The notes below the pieces were generated by a model that worked only from the letters and a program-made list of their open reading frames with translations, was not told where the DNA came from and made no database searches. 64,000 nucleotides of DNA. Origin: Candidatus Kapaibacterium sp. (lineage in GTDB: Bacteria; Bacteroidota; Ignavibacteria; Kapaibacteriales; JAEUSM01). The stretch lies in the NCBI GenBank assembly GCA_016788785.1, contig JAEUSM010000011.1, positions 17,200 through 81,199 of the forward strand, given 5' to 3'. Position 1 is the first letter of the stretch. The number at the start of each line of letters is the position of its first letter. The translations under genes were made by a program, and so were the position numbers. Below are positions 1-9,769 of the stretch, one piece after another.

Positions 1-43
1 AATGAATTTTTTCCTTTTATTTATTTTTATAGAGGTGTGGTTT

Positions 44-505
44 ATGAAGTCATTGAAACTTCTTTTCGCTGTAGCAACAATGTTAATCATTGGAGCAGTA
101 ACTTCAAATGCCCAAGTTGGCGGTGCATTTGGTTTTGGATTTAACGTCGGAGAGTATAGCGGGATTCAAGGTCATTACTCAGTAAATAATGATTTTGAAC
201 TTGGTACTCAATTTGGTTTATCCACTGGGGGAAGTAATACGAATTTCTTGCTTGCTCCTTATGCTAAATTCCGCTTCAGTGGAAATAGCTTTAAACCATA
301 TATTATGGGTCAGTTTTCAATCATTAGTAATGCTGGAAGCTCCAATAACTTCCTTGATGCTCGTTTTGGTGGTGAGTATTTCGCCAATCCAGCTGTTGCT
401 ATTACAGGTGACGTTGCATTCTTAACTGTAGGTTTAGGTAATAACAGTACTACTTTGTTTGGTGTACTTAATCCTCGTGTTGGTGTTAACTGGTATTTCA
501 AATAA
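44..505 (+). CDS. small secreted outer-membrane beta-barrel-like protein (hypothetical)
   Basis: ORF 2..505. The likely start is the ATG at 44 (MKSLKLLFAVATMLIIGAVTSNAQ), which gives a signal peptide. The rest is Gly/aromatic-rich with alternating hydrophobics and a C-terminal aromatic (WYFK), typical of a small OM barrel. Confidence 0.5.
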   Translation: MKSLKLLFAVATMLIIGAVTSNAQVGGAFGFGFNVGEYSGIQGHYSVNNDFELGTQFGLSTGGSNTNFLLAPYAKFRFSGNSFKPYIMGQFSIISNAGSSNNFLDARFGGEYFANPAVAITGDVAFLTVGLGNNSTTLFGVLNPRVGVNWYFK

Positions 506-514
506 ATAATAATT

Positions 515-558
515 TACATAACTCTAACGGTGAATCTATTTGTAGATTCACCGTTTTT
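515..558. terminator. bidirectional intrinsic terminator between convergent genes
   Basis: Inverted repeat cggtgaatctatttgtagattcaccg followed by a T-run (tttttctttt). It lies between the stop of the + gene (505) and the stop of the - gene (562). Confidence 0.6.
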
Positions 559-561
559 CTT

Positions 562-1005
562 TTAGTCAAATTTTACTGAAGAAGCAATAAAAACAGGAAC
601 TCGCTGATCTGTTTTTGTGTCTGAAATTGTCGAATCTACGTGAGACATCCACATTGCTGCAGTTTCACCGTCTACAACTTCCGCAACAACCATTCCTTCC
701 ATTGTAACGTTTTTCCCAGCGGAATTCATTGGAACAGCAAATGAACCATCTTTAAAAGTAACGCGAATTTTAGCATTATTTTGGTCTTTAATTGCCATCC
801 AACAGCCTTCTGTTTGACATACCTTTGTTACAACTCCACTCAATTTAATTGGTCGATCGTAGTTCACAGGTTGTAAAGCTTCTTTAACGCTAATTGCAGA
901 TTCTTTGACAATGGATTCTTTTGCTCCATATTCTTTTTTTTCTCCACACGCACTTATTGTTATCAATAAAAGGGTATAGAGTAGTATTTGTAGTTTCATA
1001 GTCAC
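562..1005 (-). CDS. lipoprotein, hypothetical (DUF4920-like)
   Basis: Signal peptide plus lipobox (LLITISAC), 147 aa, no catalytic motifs. Confidence 0.5.
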   Translation of the reverse strand: MTMKLQILLYTLLLITISACGEKKEYGAKESIVKESAISVKEALQPVNYDRPIKLSGVVTKVCQTEGCWMAIKDQNNAKIRVTFKDGSFAVPMNSAGKNVTMEGMVVAEVVDGETAAMWMSHVDSTISDTKTDQRVPVFIASSVKFD

Positions 1006-1007
1006 AA

Positions 1008-1475
1008 TTACCGTAATGAGATTTTTTTTCTCATCGGACGATATTTCCCTCTATTTGTTATAACAACTTCTTTATTTCTGTATGTTGCACGTTCGGTTGT
1101 ATTATATGGCGGTTTGTGAACAAAAATCAAAATACCTTCGATTGCCTTAACCAAACTTTCTGTGATTTTTGTATTCGAAGAAACTGTTCCAAATCTTAGT
1201 ATAATCGAAGTACCAAATTTCTTTTTCTTGACAACTGTCGGTAATTTGTGATGAGTTTTCAGTCGTTGCTCAATGGTTTGTTTGTATGCCATTCCAACGT
1301 AGAGTAATTTGTAGGTAGAATAGAAAAGAAACGTCCGTTTTTGAATAAAACAATACAAATATTCCGTTTTTTCGGACAGAACTGCATTGAGTTTATGAAC
1401 TGGGATATTGTTCGACCAAGTTATTGATACTTTTGGAGTTGAAAGCTTCCCAAATAATCGTTGAATCATCGACAA
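1008..1475 (-). CDS. hypothetical protein with possible GIY-YIG nuclease-like motif
   Basis: The segment YLYCF...LLYVGMAYKQTIEQRLKTH resembles the GIY-(10-11)-YIG...R..H core. Very basic C-terminus. Confidence 0.3.
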   Translation of the reverse strand: MSMIQRLFGKLSTPKVSITWSNNIPVHKLNAVLSEKTEYLYCFIQKRTFLFYSTYKLLYVGMAYKQTIEQRLKTHHKLPTVVKKKKFGTSIILRFGTVSSNTKITESLVKAIEGILIFVHKPPYNTTERATYRNKEVVITNRGKYRPMRKKISLR

Positions 1476-1514
1476 AGCTCATATAATTTGCACAATTGAA
1501 TTGGCTTAATCGTC

Positions 1515-2114
1515 TTGAAATTATCTTGGTCGTCAAATACTTCTTTTCTTATGCAAAAATTACTCATACCCATTCTTTTGTTACTTGTTATTGTTATAAA
1601 TACAGAAAAGTCACTTGCCTTCCCTAATGAAGAACAAGAGGCAAGAGAATTGTTTGCAAAAGGGAATGAGGCTTTTCGAGCAGGTGATTATAAACTTGCG
1701 ATAGATTTTTTCTCAAAAGCAATAACGAAAGCACCTACAAAACCAGCAATTTATTTCAATCGCGGATCTTCGTATGCGATTATTAAAGAATATACCAAGG
1801 CAATTCGAGATTTCACGAAAACCATTGAACTCAGTCCTGGTCATTTCGACGCATACAACAACCGTGGACTTGCATATCATGATTTACGACAATTTGACAA
1901 AGCACTTTCTGATTTCAATAAATCATTGAGCATAGATTCTAATTTCGTTATTGCGATGGTAAATAAAGGAACAACGTTGTCATATTTAAAACGATATGAC
2001 GAGGCGTTATCGCAATATGAAAAAGCACTTTCTATTTTAGAAGATAACCGTCCCGAAGTGGAGATGATAAAAGAATTAATCGAAAAAACTACTTCAAAAC
2101 AAAAGAAGAAATGA
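1515..2114 (+). CDS. TPR-repeat protein
   Basis: Signal/TM N-terminus, then repeated 34-aa TPR-like units (A..G.Y..A...F..A....P....Y.NRG.). Confidence 0.7.
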   Translation: MKLSWSSNTSFLMQKLLIPILLLLVIVINTEKSLAFPNEEQEARELFAKGNEAFRAGDYKLAIDFFSKAITKAPTKPAIYFNRGSSYAIIKEYTKAIRDFTKTIELSPGHFDAYNNRGLAYHDLRQFDKALSDFNKSLSIDSNFVIAMVNKGTTLSYLKRYDEALSQYEKALSILEDNRPEVEMIKELIEKTTSKQKKK

Positions 2115-3196
2115 CATCAATTCCATCTCTTCCTTGCATCAAAAATCTCACACAAACAGAATTGTCATCCCATTTTGTATCAATGGGAACGGAAGCTTAT
2201 AGACTAAAACAATTTTATAAAGAGTTTTACCAAAAATCTCCACTCCAATTCGAACAGTTAACTTCCATACCGAAATCGCTTAGGGAACAATTGTCAAATC
2301 AATTTTCTCCAACTTCGATGCAGTTGTCAAAAAAAACAGTTTCTGCAGATGGTACTATCAAATTTCTGTTCGATTTATTTTCTGGTGGTTCCGTTGAAAG
2401 TGTTTTGATTCCGTCTGAAATGAGAAATGAAGAAGGATTACCAAAACGGAAAACACTTTGCATTTCTTCACAAGTTGGCTGTCAATTGGGCTGTAAATTT
2501 TGTGCGACAGCTTCACTCAAATTACAACGCTCACTGTCACTTGCAGAAATTTTAGACCAATTTTTCTTAGCACAAACCTATTCTGAAACCCCCATTACCA
2601 ATGTGGTTTTTATGGGAATGGGTGAACCAATGTTGAATTATGATACAGTTATGCGATCGGTCGAATTACTTACTGACCCAACATTGGAGTTACTTTCTCC
2701 AAAACGCATAACAGTTTCAACTGCAGGGGTAGTACCCGGAATCATCAAAATGGCTGATGAACAACGACAAATCAAATTGGCGTTATCACTTCATGCAACA
2801 ACCAATGGACTTCGTGAAAAACTTATGCCCATTTCTAAAAAATGGAATATTCAAGCGGTGATGGATGCTTTGGAGTATTACTACCAAAAAACGCGTATTC
2901 CTATAACTTTTGAATATATTCTATTTCAAGGTTTGAACGATTCTCAAGAAGATATAAAACGACTAACGAAATTAACGCGTCGTTTTCCTTCGAAAGTGAA
3001 TATTATTCCGTTTCATCCGATTGATTTTACGGTACCAACAGGATTTGCTGCGACGTTACAGCCAACCTCTGATGAGGCATTCAAAAACTTCCAACAACAA
3101 CTGTTGCAAAACGATGTAACGGTGATGATTCGCTCATCAAGTGGTGTTGATATTGATGCTGCTTGTGGACAACTTGCTTTTTCTAACGTTTCGTAA
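2111..3196 (+). CDS. rlmN: 23S rRNA m2A2503 / tRNA m2A37 methyltransferase RlmN (radical SAM)
   Basis: CxxxCxxC radical-SAM motif (CQLGCKFC); GMGEP motif; ~360 aa; 4-bp overlap with the upstream gene. Confidence 0.85.
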   Translation: MTSIPSLPCIKNLTQTELSSHFVSMGTEAYRLKQFYKEFYQKSPLQFEQLTSIPKSLREQLSNQFSPTSMQLSKKTVSADGTIKFLFDLFSGGSVESVLIPSEMRNEEGLPKRKTLCISSQVGCQLGCKFCATASLKLQRSLSLAEILDQFFLAQTYSETPITNVVFMGMGEPMLNYDTVMRSVELLTDPTLELLSPKRITVSTAGVVPGIIKMADEQRQIKLALSLHATTNGLREKLMPISKKWNIQAVMDALEYYYQKTRIPITFEYILFQGLNDSQEDIKRLTKLTRRFPSKVNIIPFHPIDFTVPTGFAATLQPTSDEAFKNFQQQLLQNDVTVMIRSSSGVDIDAACGQLAFSNVS

Positions 3197-3225
3197 TCTC
3201 TATCGAACATACAATTACTCTTTCT

Positions 3226-4119
3226 ATGCACTATACTCTCATCGACGGTTTATCGACAGCAAAAACAATTCGTGAAGAATTATCTATTGAAACACATACC
3301 ATTCATTCTTCGACAGGACATGCTCCTGGATTGGCATTACTTCTGGTCGGAAATAATCCAGCATCAGAAATTTACGTTACCAATAAAGCAAAAGCTTGTC
3401 AGGAAATTGGAATTAATTCAGTAATATTGCGTTTACCAGCTGAAACAACCCAAGATCAAATTTTACTGCAAATTCATCAGTGGAATGAAGACCCAACCAT
3501 TCACGGTATTTTAGTCCAATTGCCACTTCCTTCTCATGTTGACTCAACAGTTATCTTAGAGCAAATTAGTCCAGCAAAAGACGTAGATGGCTTCCATCCA
3601 TCGAATGTAGGAAATTTAGTGCTTGGTTTACCCGGTTTTGTTCCGTGTACTCCGTTAGGAATTGTTGAATTGATGAAACGCTATCAAATAGACCCATCTG
3701 GTAAGCATGTTGTGGTCTTGGGACGCTCCAATATCGTCGGAAAACCAATGGCAAATTTGCTCTATCACAAACGAGCTTACTCAAACGCCATCGTTACCAT
3801 TTGCCACACAGGTGCTAATGACATTCGTGATTATACTCGTCAAGCCGATATACTCATTGCAGCAGTGGGAGTTTCAAAACTAGTAACTGCTGATTATGTC
3901 AAAGAAGGAGTTGCGATTTTTGATGTTGGTATCAATCGTATTGATGCTCCAGAGAAAAAAAGTGGATATGCATTGTGTGGTGATGTTGATTTTGATTCAG
4001 TTCTTTCTAAGTGTAGTGCTATTACTCCCGTTCCAAAAGGAGTTGGTCCTATGACTATCGCGATGTTACTTTCCAATACAGTTCGTTCAGCACGAAAGTT
4101 TTTAACACCTTCTATCTAA
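3226..4119 (+). CDS. folD: bifunctional methylenetetrahydrofolate dehydrogenase/cyclohydrolase FolD
   Basis: ~297 aa; characteristic FolD blocks (LVQLPLP, DVDGFHP, GRSNIVGKPMA, PVPGGVGPMT). Confidence 0.9.
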   Translation: MHYTLIDGLSTAKTIREELSIETHTIHSSTGHAPGLALLLVGNNPASEIYVTNKAKACQEIGINSVILRLPAETTQDQILLQIHQWNEDPTIHGILVQLPLPSHVDSTVILEQISPAKDVDGFHPSNVGNLVLGLPGFVPCTPLGIVELMKRYQIDPSGKHVVVLGRSNIVGKPMANLLYHKRAYSNAIVTICHTGANDIRDYTRQADILIAAVGVSKLVTADYVKEGVAIFDVGINRIDAPEKKSGYALCGDVDFDSVLSKCSAITPVPKGVGPMTIAMLLSNTVRSARKFLTPSI

Positions 4120-4125
4120 TACGCT

Positions 4126-5766
4126 ATGATAACCTCATTATCATCTTGGAAACGATTAGAGCAATTAGCAACAGAAAAAAAGTCAGACAGTATCCTTTCT
4201 TATTTCCGGCTCGACAGTTTACGACTAAGGAAATATACATTTCGTGCGTGTGATTGTTATTTCGATTTTTCGAAAAATCTCCTTGTTGATGACGTTTTTT
4301 CGGCGTTATTGCAATTTGCGAAAGAACGAAATCTTGCAGATGAAATCAAACGAATGTTCAACGGTGAGGCTATCAATACCACAGAAAAACGAGCAGTGTT
4401 GCATACTGCTTTACGATCAAAAAAATCGACAATCAATGTTGATGGGGAAAATGTTGTACCGCTTGTAAACGCTGAATTAGAAAAAGTTCGAGTACTTTCG
4501 GAAAAAATTCGTTCTGGCGAATGGGTTGGGTTTTCTGGAAAACCCATCACCGATATTGTCAATATTGGCATTGGTGGTTCTGATTTGGGACCTGCGATGG
4601 TTACTCAAGCTTTATCGGCATATTCTCATCCTCAACTCACAATGCACTTTGTATCGAATGTGGATGGAACCCATCTTTGGGAAACATTGAAAAAGTGCAA
4701 TCAAGAAACAACATTGTTCATTGTCGCGTCAAAAACCTTTACAACCCAAGAAACTATCACCAATGCACTTGCTGCAAAACGGTGGATTCTAACCGCAACA
4801 ACAGATGAACATATAGCTAAACACTTTCTGGCAGTCTCTACTGCAATCGGCAAAGCAAAACAATTTGGTATCACAGAAGACAATATCGTTGGATTTTGGG
4901 ATTGGGTTGGTGGTCGATATAGCGTTTGGTCAAGCATCGGTATTTCTATTGCTATATCAATCGGTTTTGAAGGATTTTTGCAATTTCTTGACGGTGCGAA
5001 TGTGGTGGATACACATTTTGAAGCAGCTCCATTCTTCGAAAATATACCAGTTATAATGGGGCTGATTGGAATGTGGTATTGTACGTTTTTGGGATATGAT
5101 TCGTATGCAGTTTTGCCGTATGACCAGTACTTAGCACGATTCCCAGCGTATTTGCAACAACTCGATATGGAGTCAAATGGCAAAAGTGTTACTCGCACTG
5201 GAGAAAATGTAACGTATAAAACTGGACCCATTGTCTGGGGTGAACCGGGTACAAATGGACAACACGCTTTTTACCAATTGATTCATCAAGGAACTCGAAC
5301 GATACCGGTAGACTTTTTAGTTGCCAAAGAAGGATTGTCACCATACACAGATCAACATACCATTCTTCAAGCAAATTGTATTGCACAAGCTGAGGCATTG
5401 CTCATTGGAAAAAATGAAGAAACTGTTCGTGAAGAATTGAAAAACAATCTTAATGCAGAATTATTGATTCCACACAAAGTTTTTGAAGGGAACAAACCTT
5501 CGACAACAATTGTTTATCCAAAAATATCACCTAAAACTGTCGGTACCTTACTTGCACTGTACGAGCATAAAGTGTTTGTGCAAGGAATTTTGTGGGATAT
5601 CAATTCCTTCGATCAGTGGGGTGTGGAATTGGGCAAACAATTAGCATCAAATGTATTACCAGAATTACAAAAGTCAACGTCTCAGCGGGGTACACATGAC
5701 CCTTCAACTACTGCGTTGATTTCGTTACTTCAAAGAGATGATTCTGGCTTGAAAAAGGAAGGATGA
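4126..5766 (+). CDS. pgi: glucose-6-phosphate isomerase
   Basis: 546 aa; PGI signature blocks (GIGGSDLGP, FWDWVGGRYS, ESNGK, GEPGTNGQHAFYQL). Confidence 0.9.
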   Translation: MITSLSSWKRLEQLATEKKSDSILSYFRLDSLRLRKYTFRACDCYFDFSKNLLVDDVFSALLQFAKERNLADEIKRMFNGEAINTTEKRAVLHTALRSKKSTINVDGENVVPLVNAELEKVRVLSEKIRSGEWVGFSGKPITDIVNIGIGGSDLGPAMVTQALSAYSHPQLTMHFVSNVDGTHLWETLKKCNQETTLFIVASKTFTTQETITNALAAKRWILTATTDEHIAKHFLAVSTAIGKAKQFGITEDNIVGFWDWVGGRYSVWSSIGISIAISIGFEGFLQFLDGANVVDTHFEAAPFFENIPVIMGLIGMWYCTFLGYDSYAVLPYDQYLARFPAYLQQLDMESNGKSVTRTGENVTYKTGPIVWGEPGTNGQHAFYQLIHQGTRTIPVDFLVAKEGLSPYTDQHTILQANCIAQAEALLIGKNEETVREELKNNLNAELLIPHKVFEGNKPSTTIVYPKISPKTVGTLLALYEHKVFVQGILWDINSFDQWGVELGKQLASNVLPELQKSTSQRGTHDPSTTALISLLQRDDSGLKKEG

Positions 5767-6332
5767 ATCTTCGAAACGACTGTTTGATACCATAGTTTCG
5801 ATGCAATATACATACAGATAAAACTTTGTGCTGTGAATGCCAAAATAAAAAGTATGTAGGTAGTCGTAGAAGAATTCACAGAAGAAGTTAGCCACGAGCT
5901 TTTGTTGTTCGTCAGGAAAATGCTGATAGAAATACAAAACACAAAGGTCGCTGAACTTAGCAAAATCACCTTGTATTCTTGGTAAAATATGAGTATAGAT
6001 AACGATAGAAATGAAAAGAAATAGAGTTCTTCACGACCTTGAATGATGAATAAATACAGCAACGAAAAGAGCTGTAAAAGAACCCCAGTTGCATAACGAG
6101 TTAAAGAAGAAGTTCCGAACAGTTTCACACAATACAAATATGAACCCAAAAACAAGGTTGTTCCTACCAAACCAATGACATATTGACCAGTCAAAACGGT
6201 TAGAATCAATGAAAACACCGAAAAAGTAATCATCACTTTCTTCATCGTAAGGTCAACCCTACTATGCACTGATTTGCGAACATCACGCAAAAAATCATCA
6301 CCAAGAAAACGTTCTACTTGCTGTAAATTCAT
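5730..6332 (-). CDS. integral membrane protein, hypothetical
   Basis: 200 aa with about six hydrophobic helices; convergent with pgi and overlapping its 3' end by 37 bp. Confidence 0.4.
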   Translation of the reverse strand: MNLQQVERFLGDDFLRDVRKSVHSRVDLTMKKVMITFSVFSLILTVLTGQYVIGLVGTTLFLGSYLYCVKLFGTSSLTRYATGVLLQLFSLLYLFIIQGREELYFFSFLSLSILIFYQEYKVILLSSATFVFCISISIFLTNNKSSWLTSSVNSSTTTYILFILAFTAQSFICMYIASKLWYQTVVSKIHPSFFKPESSL

Positions 6333-6345
6333 GTATGTTGTGCAA

Positions 6346-6846
6346 TTAGTGGGAATGGGTGGAGGAATGTTCTACAATTTCTGGAGCACAATCAGGGCAA
6401 TATCCAGTAAATTCCATTGAGTGGTTGACAATGGTGAAATTTGTTGAAATTTTGATTTTTTCCAAAACACAGAAATCAATTTGATCTACTTTTTGGCATT
6501 GTAAACAACGAATGTAGTGGTAATGTTTGGTGTCATCTTGTTCTGCGATGACATAATGTTTTGCTTTAGAAGTGAATTGCATCGAACGAATGAGACCATG
6601 TTCTTCCATTACGTGAAGGTTTCGGTAAATAGTCGTCAGATTCAAATCTTGACATTGTTCTACTAAATCTTCCACGCTCACAGGGCGATTAAAACTTTCT
6701 AACGCTCGAAGAATGGTCGTTCGCGTTAATGTTTTACGATAGCCTAATTGTTCTAAACTTTGCTGTATGTTCTTTTTCATTGATTGTATTTTGTTCAACA
6801 TACGATTACCATCAAAGATTGTTTTACATAATTTGGTGGTACACAA
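6346..6846 (-). CDS. Fur-family metalloregulator (Fur/Zur/PerR)
   Basis: Winged-helix N-terminal region (ILRALESFNRPVSVEDLVEQ); HHxH block; two CxxC pairs (CLQC...CPDC). The true start may be an internal Met (MLNKIQ or MKKNIQ). Confidence 0.75.
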   Translation of the reverse strand: MCTTKLCKTIFDGNRMLNKIQSMKKNIQQSLEQLGYRKTLTRTTILRALESFNRPVSVEDLVEQCQDLNLTTIYRNLHVMEEHGLIRSMQFTSKAKHYVIAEQDDTKHYHYIRCLQCQKVDQIDFCVLEKIKISTNFTIVNHSMEFTGYCPDCAPEIVEHSSTHSH

Positions 6847-6889
6847 AACAAAAAGGAGCTATTCTTGCGAAATAGCTCCTTTGGAGTTA

Positions 6890-7327
6890 TTACAGTAATG
6901 CTCCCACATCATTGACTATTTGTTCAAATTGTTTGATGATGTGTTTTCCGGGACACAAAGTAGATGCACCGCTTAACTCTCGATGATAACGAATGGAAGC
7001 TCTATCAGCAGGTAATATATGCCGTTTGCAAATTCTTGCCAGTTGTTCTACCAAGAGTTTTCGAGCTTCTAAAGGTAATTCCGTTTCTTGGTAATTTCCA
7101 GCAACAGCAATTCCTATTGAACGCAAATTATGTCCTCGAGCGTGAGCACCAATCACTGATTCTTTACGACCTTCGGTTACAATCCAAACGCCATCAGGAC
7201 AATGGAGTAACCAATGATACCCAATTTCAGTGAACCCTCTCAGTCGGTGAGCTTTGTCGATGGTTTCGCGTTCTACATTCGGTCTGGTTGCTGTATGATG
7301 TACGATTATTTTGGTGATTGTTCTCAT
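6890..7327 (-). CDS. N-acetylmuramoyl-L-alanine amidase (Amidase_2/PGRP, T7-lysozyme-like)
   Basis: IVHHTA motif with a downstream His and a Cys near the C-terminus, as in zinc amidase_2 enzymes; 145 aa (endolysin-sized). Confidence 0.7.
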   Translation of the reverse strand: MRTITKIIVHHTATRPNVERETIDKAHRLRGFTEIGYHWLLHCPDGVWIVTEGRKESVIGAHARGHNLRSIGIAVAGNYQETELPLEARKLLVEQLARICKRHILPADRASIRYHRELSGASTLCPGKHIIKQFEQIVNDVGALL

Positions 7328-7614
7328 CGTTTTCTTTCCGAATGGTGATTCTGAAGTTCTTGGTTCATTTCTTGTACGTCTCGTTCAATTCTGTCTTTCC
7401 AAAGAGTTTGCTGTTCCAAAGCAAAAGAAACCCTTCGCATTTCCGTTTCAATTACCGTTATCTTATGGCTTACCTCTCCCAAACTCGAACCACCCCACAA
7501 CGTGGAACCTCCAACGATGAGACCCAGCATTATTTTCATCCATAAGGGAACGGAATTGTCAAAAAGTGGAGATTGTTGTTGTAACTTATTTTCCATATCT
7601 ATACTTTTTATCAT
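7324..7614 (-). CDS. small membrane / coiled-coil protein (holin- or spanin-like)
   Basis: One TM helix (WMKIMLGLIVGGSTLWGG) followed by a charged coiled-coil; 4-bp start/stop overlaps with both neighbours. Confidence 0.4.
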   Translation of the reverse strand: MIKSIDMENKLQQQSPLFDNSVPLWMKIMLGLIVGGSTLWGGSSLGEVSHKITVIETEMRRVSFALEQQTLWKDRIERDVQEMNQELQNHHSERKR

Positions 7615-8555
7615 AAACGTATTCCTTCCAATTGAGCAATGGATTTTGAGTGAACTAAGGCAATAGCCGCATCCAATTCCACAGTCGTTACATAGTGTAC
7701 ACCGACAATCCCACGGTCATAGACTTGCAAACCAGTATTTGTAGCAATGCTCAAATTCTCTTTTTCACCAAATCTAATAGCATAGATGCTGGTGCAATCA
7801 GCATTTGTTCCAACAGTCTCAGCATTTGTGATAACTTGCGATACCCCATCTTTTGCAACACCGCTGGATACGATAGGAATTCCCATATATGAGTCGAAAA
7901 CCTGTTGCGAACCAAAGGCATCGTTGACAGTTTGAACGCTGATATACTCTCGAGCAATGGCACGTAAACGAGCAATCATTTTATAGTTCATCACAATCAC
8001 CGAAGCGTTTCCATAAACAGAACCTATCAGCTCATCGAGTTTTTCCAAAAAAGTTTGCTGTTTTTGTTTGTTCGAATCAGAATTTCCTAAAGGAACGGTA
8101 TCGCCATTCGTACCCATCGAGATAATTTGTCCACTTGGTATCAATTCTTTGATACCCACCAAAGTAGAACCACTTCCATCACCATTGATAAATTGATCGG
8201 TACAAAAGCGTCCCAACGAACGAGAAAAACTCTCCAATTGTCTGGCACGTTCGGAAGTGGTCGTAAATCCGCGTCGTTCAAATGCTTGGTCAGTGCGAAT
8301 GACATCACCCAAAATTTTTAGTGAAACGGTCGTTTCGTTAACGCTGGAAGTAACGGGACTGTAGTCGTTATTTACTGTTCGAGTTTGACCGCCAAAAGCA
8401 GTTGCATTCGTTGTAAACGTATCTGCATTTCCAGTCATTTTGTACCATTCGGCATAGCGAAACAGCGGTGCCTCTGATTCGAATGCAGACAGTGCTAATG
8501 AGCGTAACTCGGGTGTAGATGAAGCAGTTTGGGTTGATAATTGTTGTAATTTCAT
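7611..8555 (-). CDS. phage major-capsid-like protein (hypothetical)
   Basis: 314 aa, no signal peptide or TM segment. Size and the Gly/Thr-rich, loop-heavy composition suggest a capsid (HK97/gpE-like) fold, but this is not confirmable by eye. It sits in an operon with an amidase and a holin-like gene. Confidence 0.35.
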   Translation of the reverse strand: MKLQQLSTQTASSTPELRSLALSAFESEAPLFRYAEWYKMTGNADTFTTNATAFGGQTRTVNNDYSPVTSSVNETTVSLKILGDVIRTDQAFERRGFTTTSERARQLESFSRSLGRFCTDQFINGDGSGSTLVGIKELIPSGQIISMGTNGDTVPLGNSDSNKQKQQTFLEKLDELIGSVYGNASVIVMNYKMIARLRAIAREYISVQTVNDAFGSQQVFDSYMGIPIVSSGVAKDGVSQVITNAETVGTNADCTSIYAIRFGEKENLSIATNTGLQVYDRGIVGVHYVTTVELDAAIALVHSKSIAQLEGIRL

Positions 8556-8567
8556 AAAGGTGAATCC

Positions 8568-8951
8568 TTAGAGTGATGATAAAAATGATTGTTCGGCTGC
8601 AGAACGTAGTGAAAGGTGAGAGGGAAGTGCTGTTGGCACTTGCGAAGTAGTTGTTTGTTTCGTTGACTGAAAGTATTCCAACACCGTTGCAATAGCCGTT
8701 GGATTATATTCTAACAGCGTTTTCACTGCATTCGATACATCTTCATTTAACGCAGGGTAATACCCTTTGTGAAGAAAGTCAGTAACGTGTTGATTAATTA
8801 CATCGGAAGAAGTCTTTTCAAACGCAGAAGATTGAATTTTTTCCAATTCAACTTCAATTGTTTTCATTTCTTCAGAATTTGAAACTAAGGAATGTTGTTC
8901 CTCATTATCACCAAAAAATTTGTCCACCAATGAGCGGATAGTGGTTAGCAT
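8568..8951 (-). CDS. hypothetical acidic alpha-helical protein (scaffold-like?)
   Basis: 127 aa, acidic, predicted helical; first gene of the capsid-like operon. Confidence 0.3.
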   Translation of the reverse strand: MLTTIRSLVDKFFGDNEEQHSLVSNSEEMKTIEVELEKIQSSAFEKTSSDVINQHVTDFLHKGYYPALNEDVSNAVKTLLEYNPTAIATVLEYFQSTKQTTTSQVPTALPSHLSLRSAAEQSFLSSL

Positions 8952-9100
8952 ACTGTGTACTTTCGGTAGGATTTACAAAATTGTGAATGCAATCTACTAC
9001 GGAGTGAAAGTTGGATTTGGCTATAAGTGTTGGGAGGGGGGGGAATGTTTCTTTACATCAAGATGGGCATTTTGACAACGATGAACCTTTTGACAACGAT

Positions 9101-9217
9101 GGGCTTACACCCATCGCTGAGATAGTACGCCCTTTCAGGGCTTGATGTTGTTTTTTTTAATGTGCGTTTTCACGATGGGCTTACACCCTTCGCTGAGATA
9201 GTACGCCCTTTCAGGGC
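9101..9217 (-). repeat. REP doublet (two copies of gggcttacaccc[a/t]tcgctgagatagtacgccctttcagggct)
   Basis: Two near-identical 42-nt double-hairpin units at 9101..9142 and 9176..9217, in direct orientation. They are the reverse complement of the REP units at 9770..9882. Confidence 0.85.
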
Positions 9218-9235
9218 TTTATGAATATGCTTTGT

Positions 9236-9688
9236 TTAATCCCAAAGATACTGTTCGTTGTAATCAATAGAATATTTATGTAAAAAAGCTTTATATTCTT
9301 CTTCAAATGAATTGTTTTTATGATGCTCATGCTGGTTATTAATGTAAGTAATTACTGCATCTATGTGTGTGGGATTTACTGAAAATGCTCCGTAACCATC
9401 TTGCCAATAAAAGTGCTCTAAAGTAGCATCCTTTGTTTTCATCCACATTGAGGATCTAGATTTAAGCTCTCCAACAAGTTTAGACAGAGCTATGTTTTTT
9501 GACAACAAACAAAGAATATGTATATGGTCAGTAAAACCTCCAACTTTTATAACTGTACATTGAAGTTTGTTGCAAATTTCACTCAGAAATTTATGTAATT
9601 CTGTTTCAACATTTGGTTGAATGTACGGACTTCTATTTTTTGTACTAAATACAATATGTATGTAATTTTTTACTAATGATTGTCCCAT
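9236..9688 (-). CDS. REP-associated tyrosine transposase (RAYT; IS200/IS605 TnpA-like, Y1 HUH)
   Basis: HUH motif (HIHIL), conserved Tyr in the C-terminal half, ~150 aa, flanked on both sides by REP doublets in inverted orientation. Confidence 0.8.
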   Translation of the reverse strand: MGQSLVKNYIHIVFSTKNRSPYIQPNVETELHKFLSEICNKLQCTVIKVGGFTDHIHILCLLSKNIALSKLVGELKSRSSMWMKTKDATLEHFYWQDGYGAFSVNPTHIDAVITYINNQHEHHKNNSFEEEYKAFLHKYSIDYNEQYLWD

Positions 9689-9769
9689 TTCTCTTCTCTT
9701 AAATGAATATTGATTCTATTTTTTCATCTTGACGATATTCAAAACAAAAGATGTAAATCAAGCCCTGAA

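Noticed and set aside
4244-5398. Several 60-176-aa ORFs antisense or out of frame within pgi
   Set aside because: They are contained within a high-confidence housekeeping CDS.
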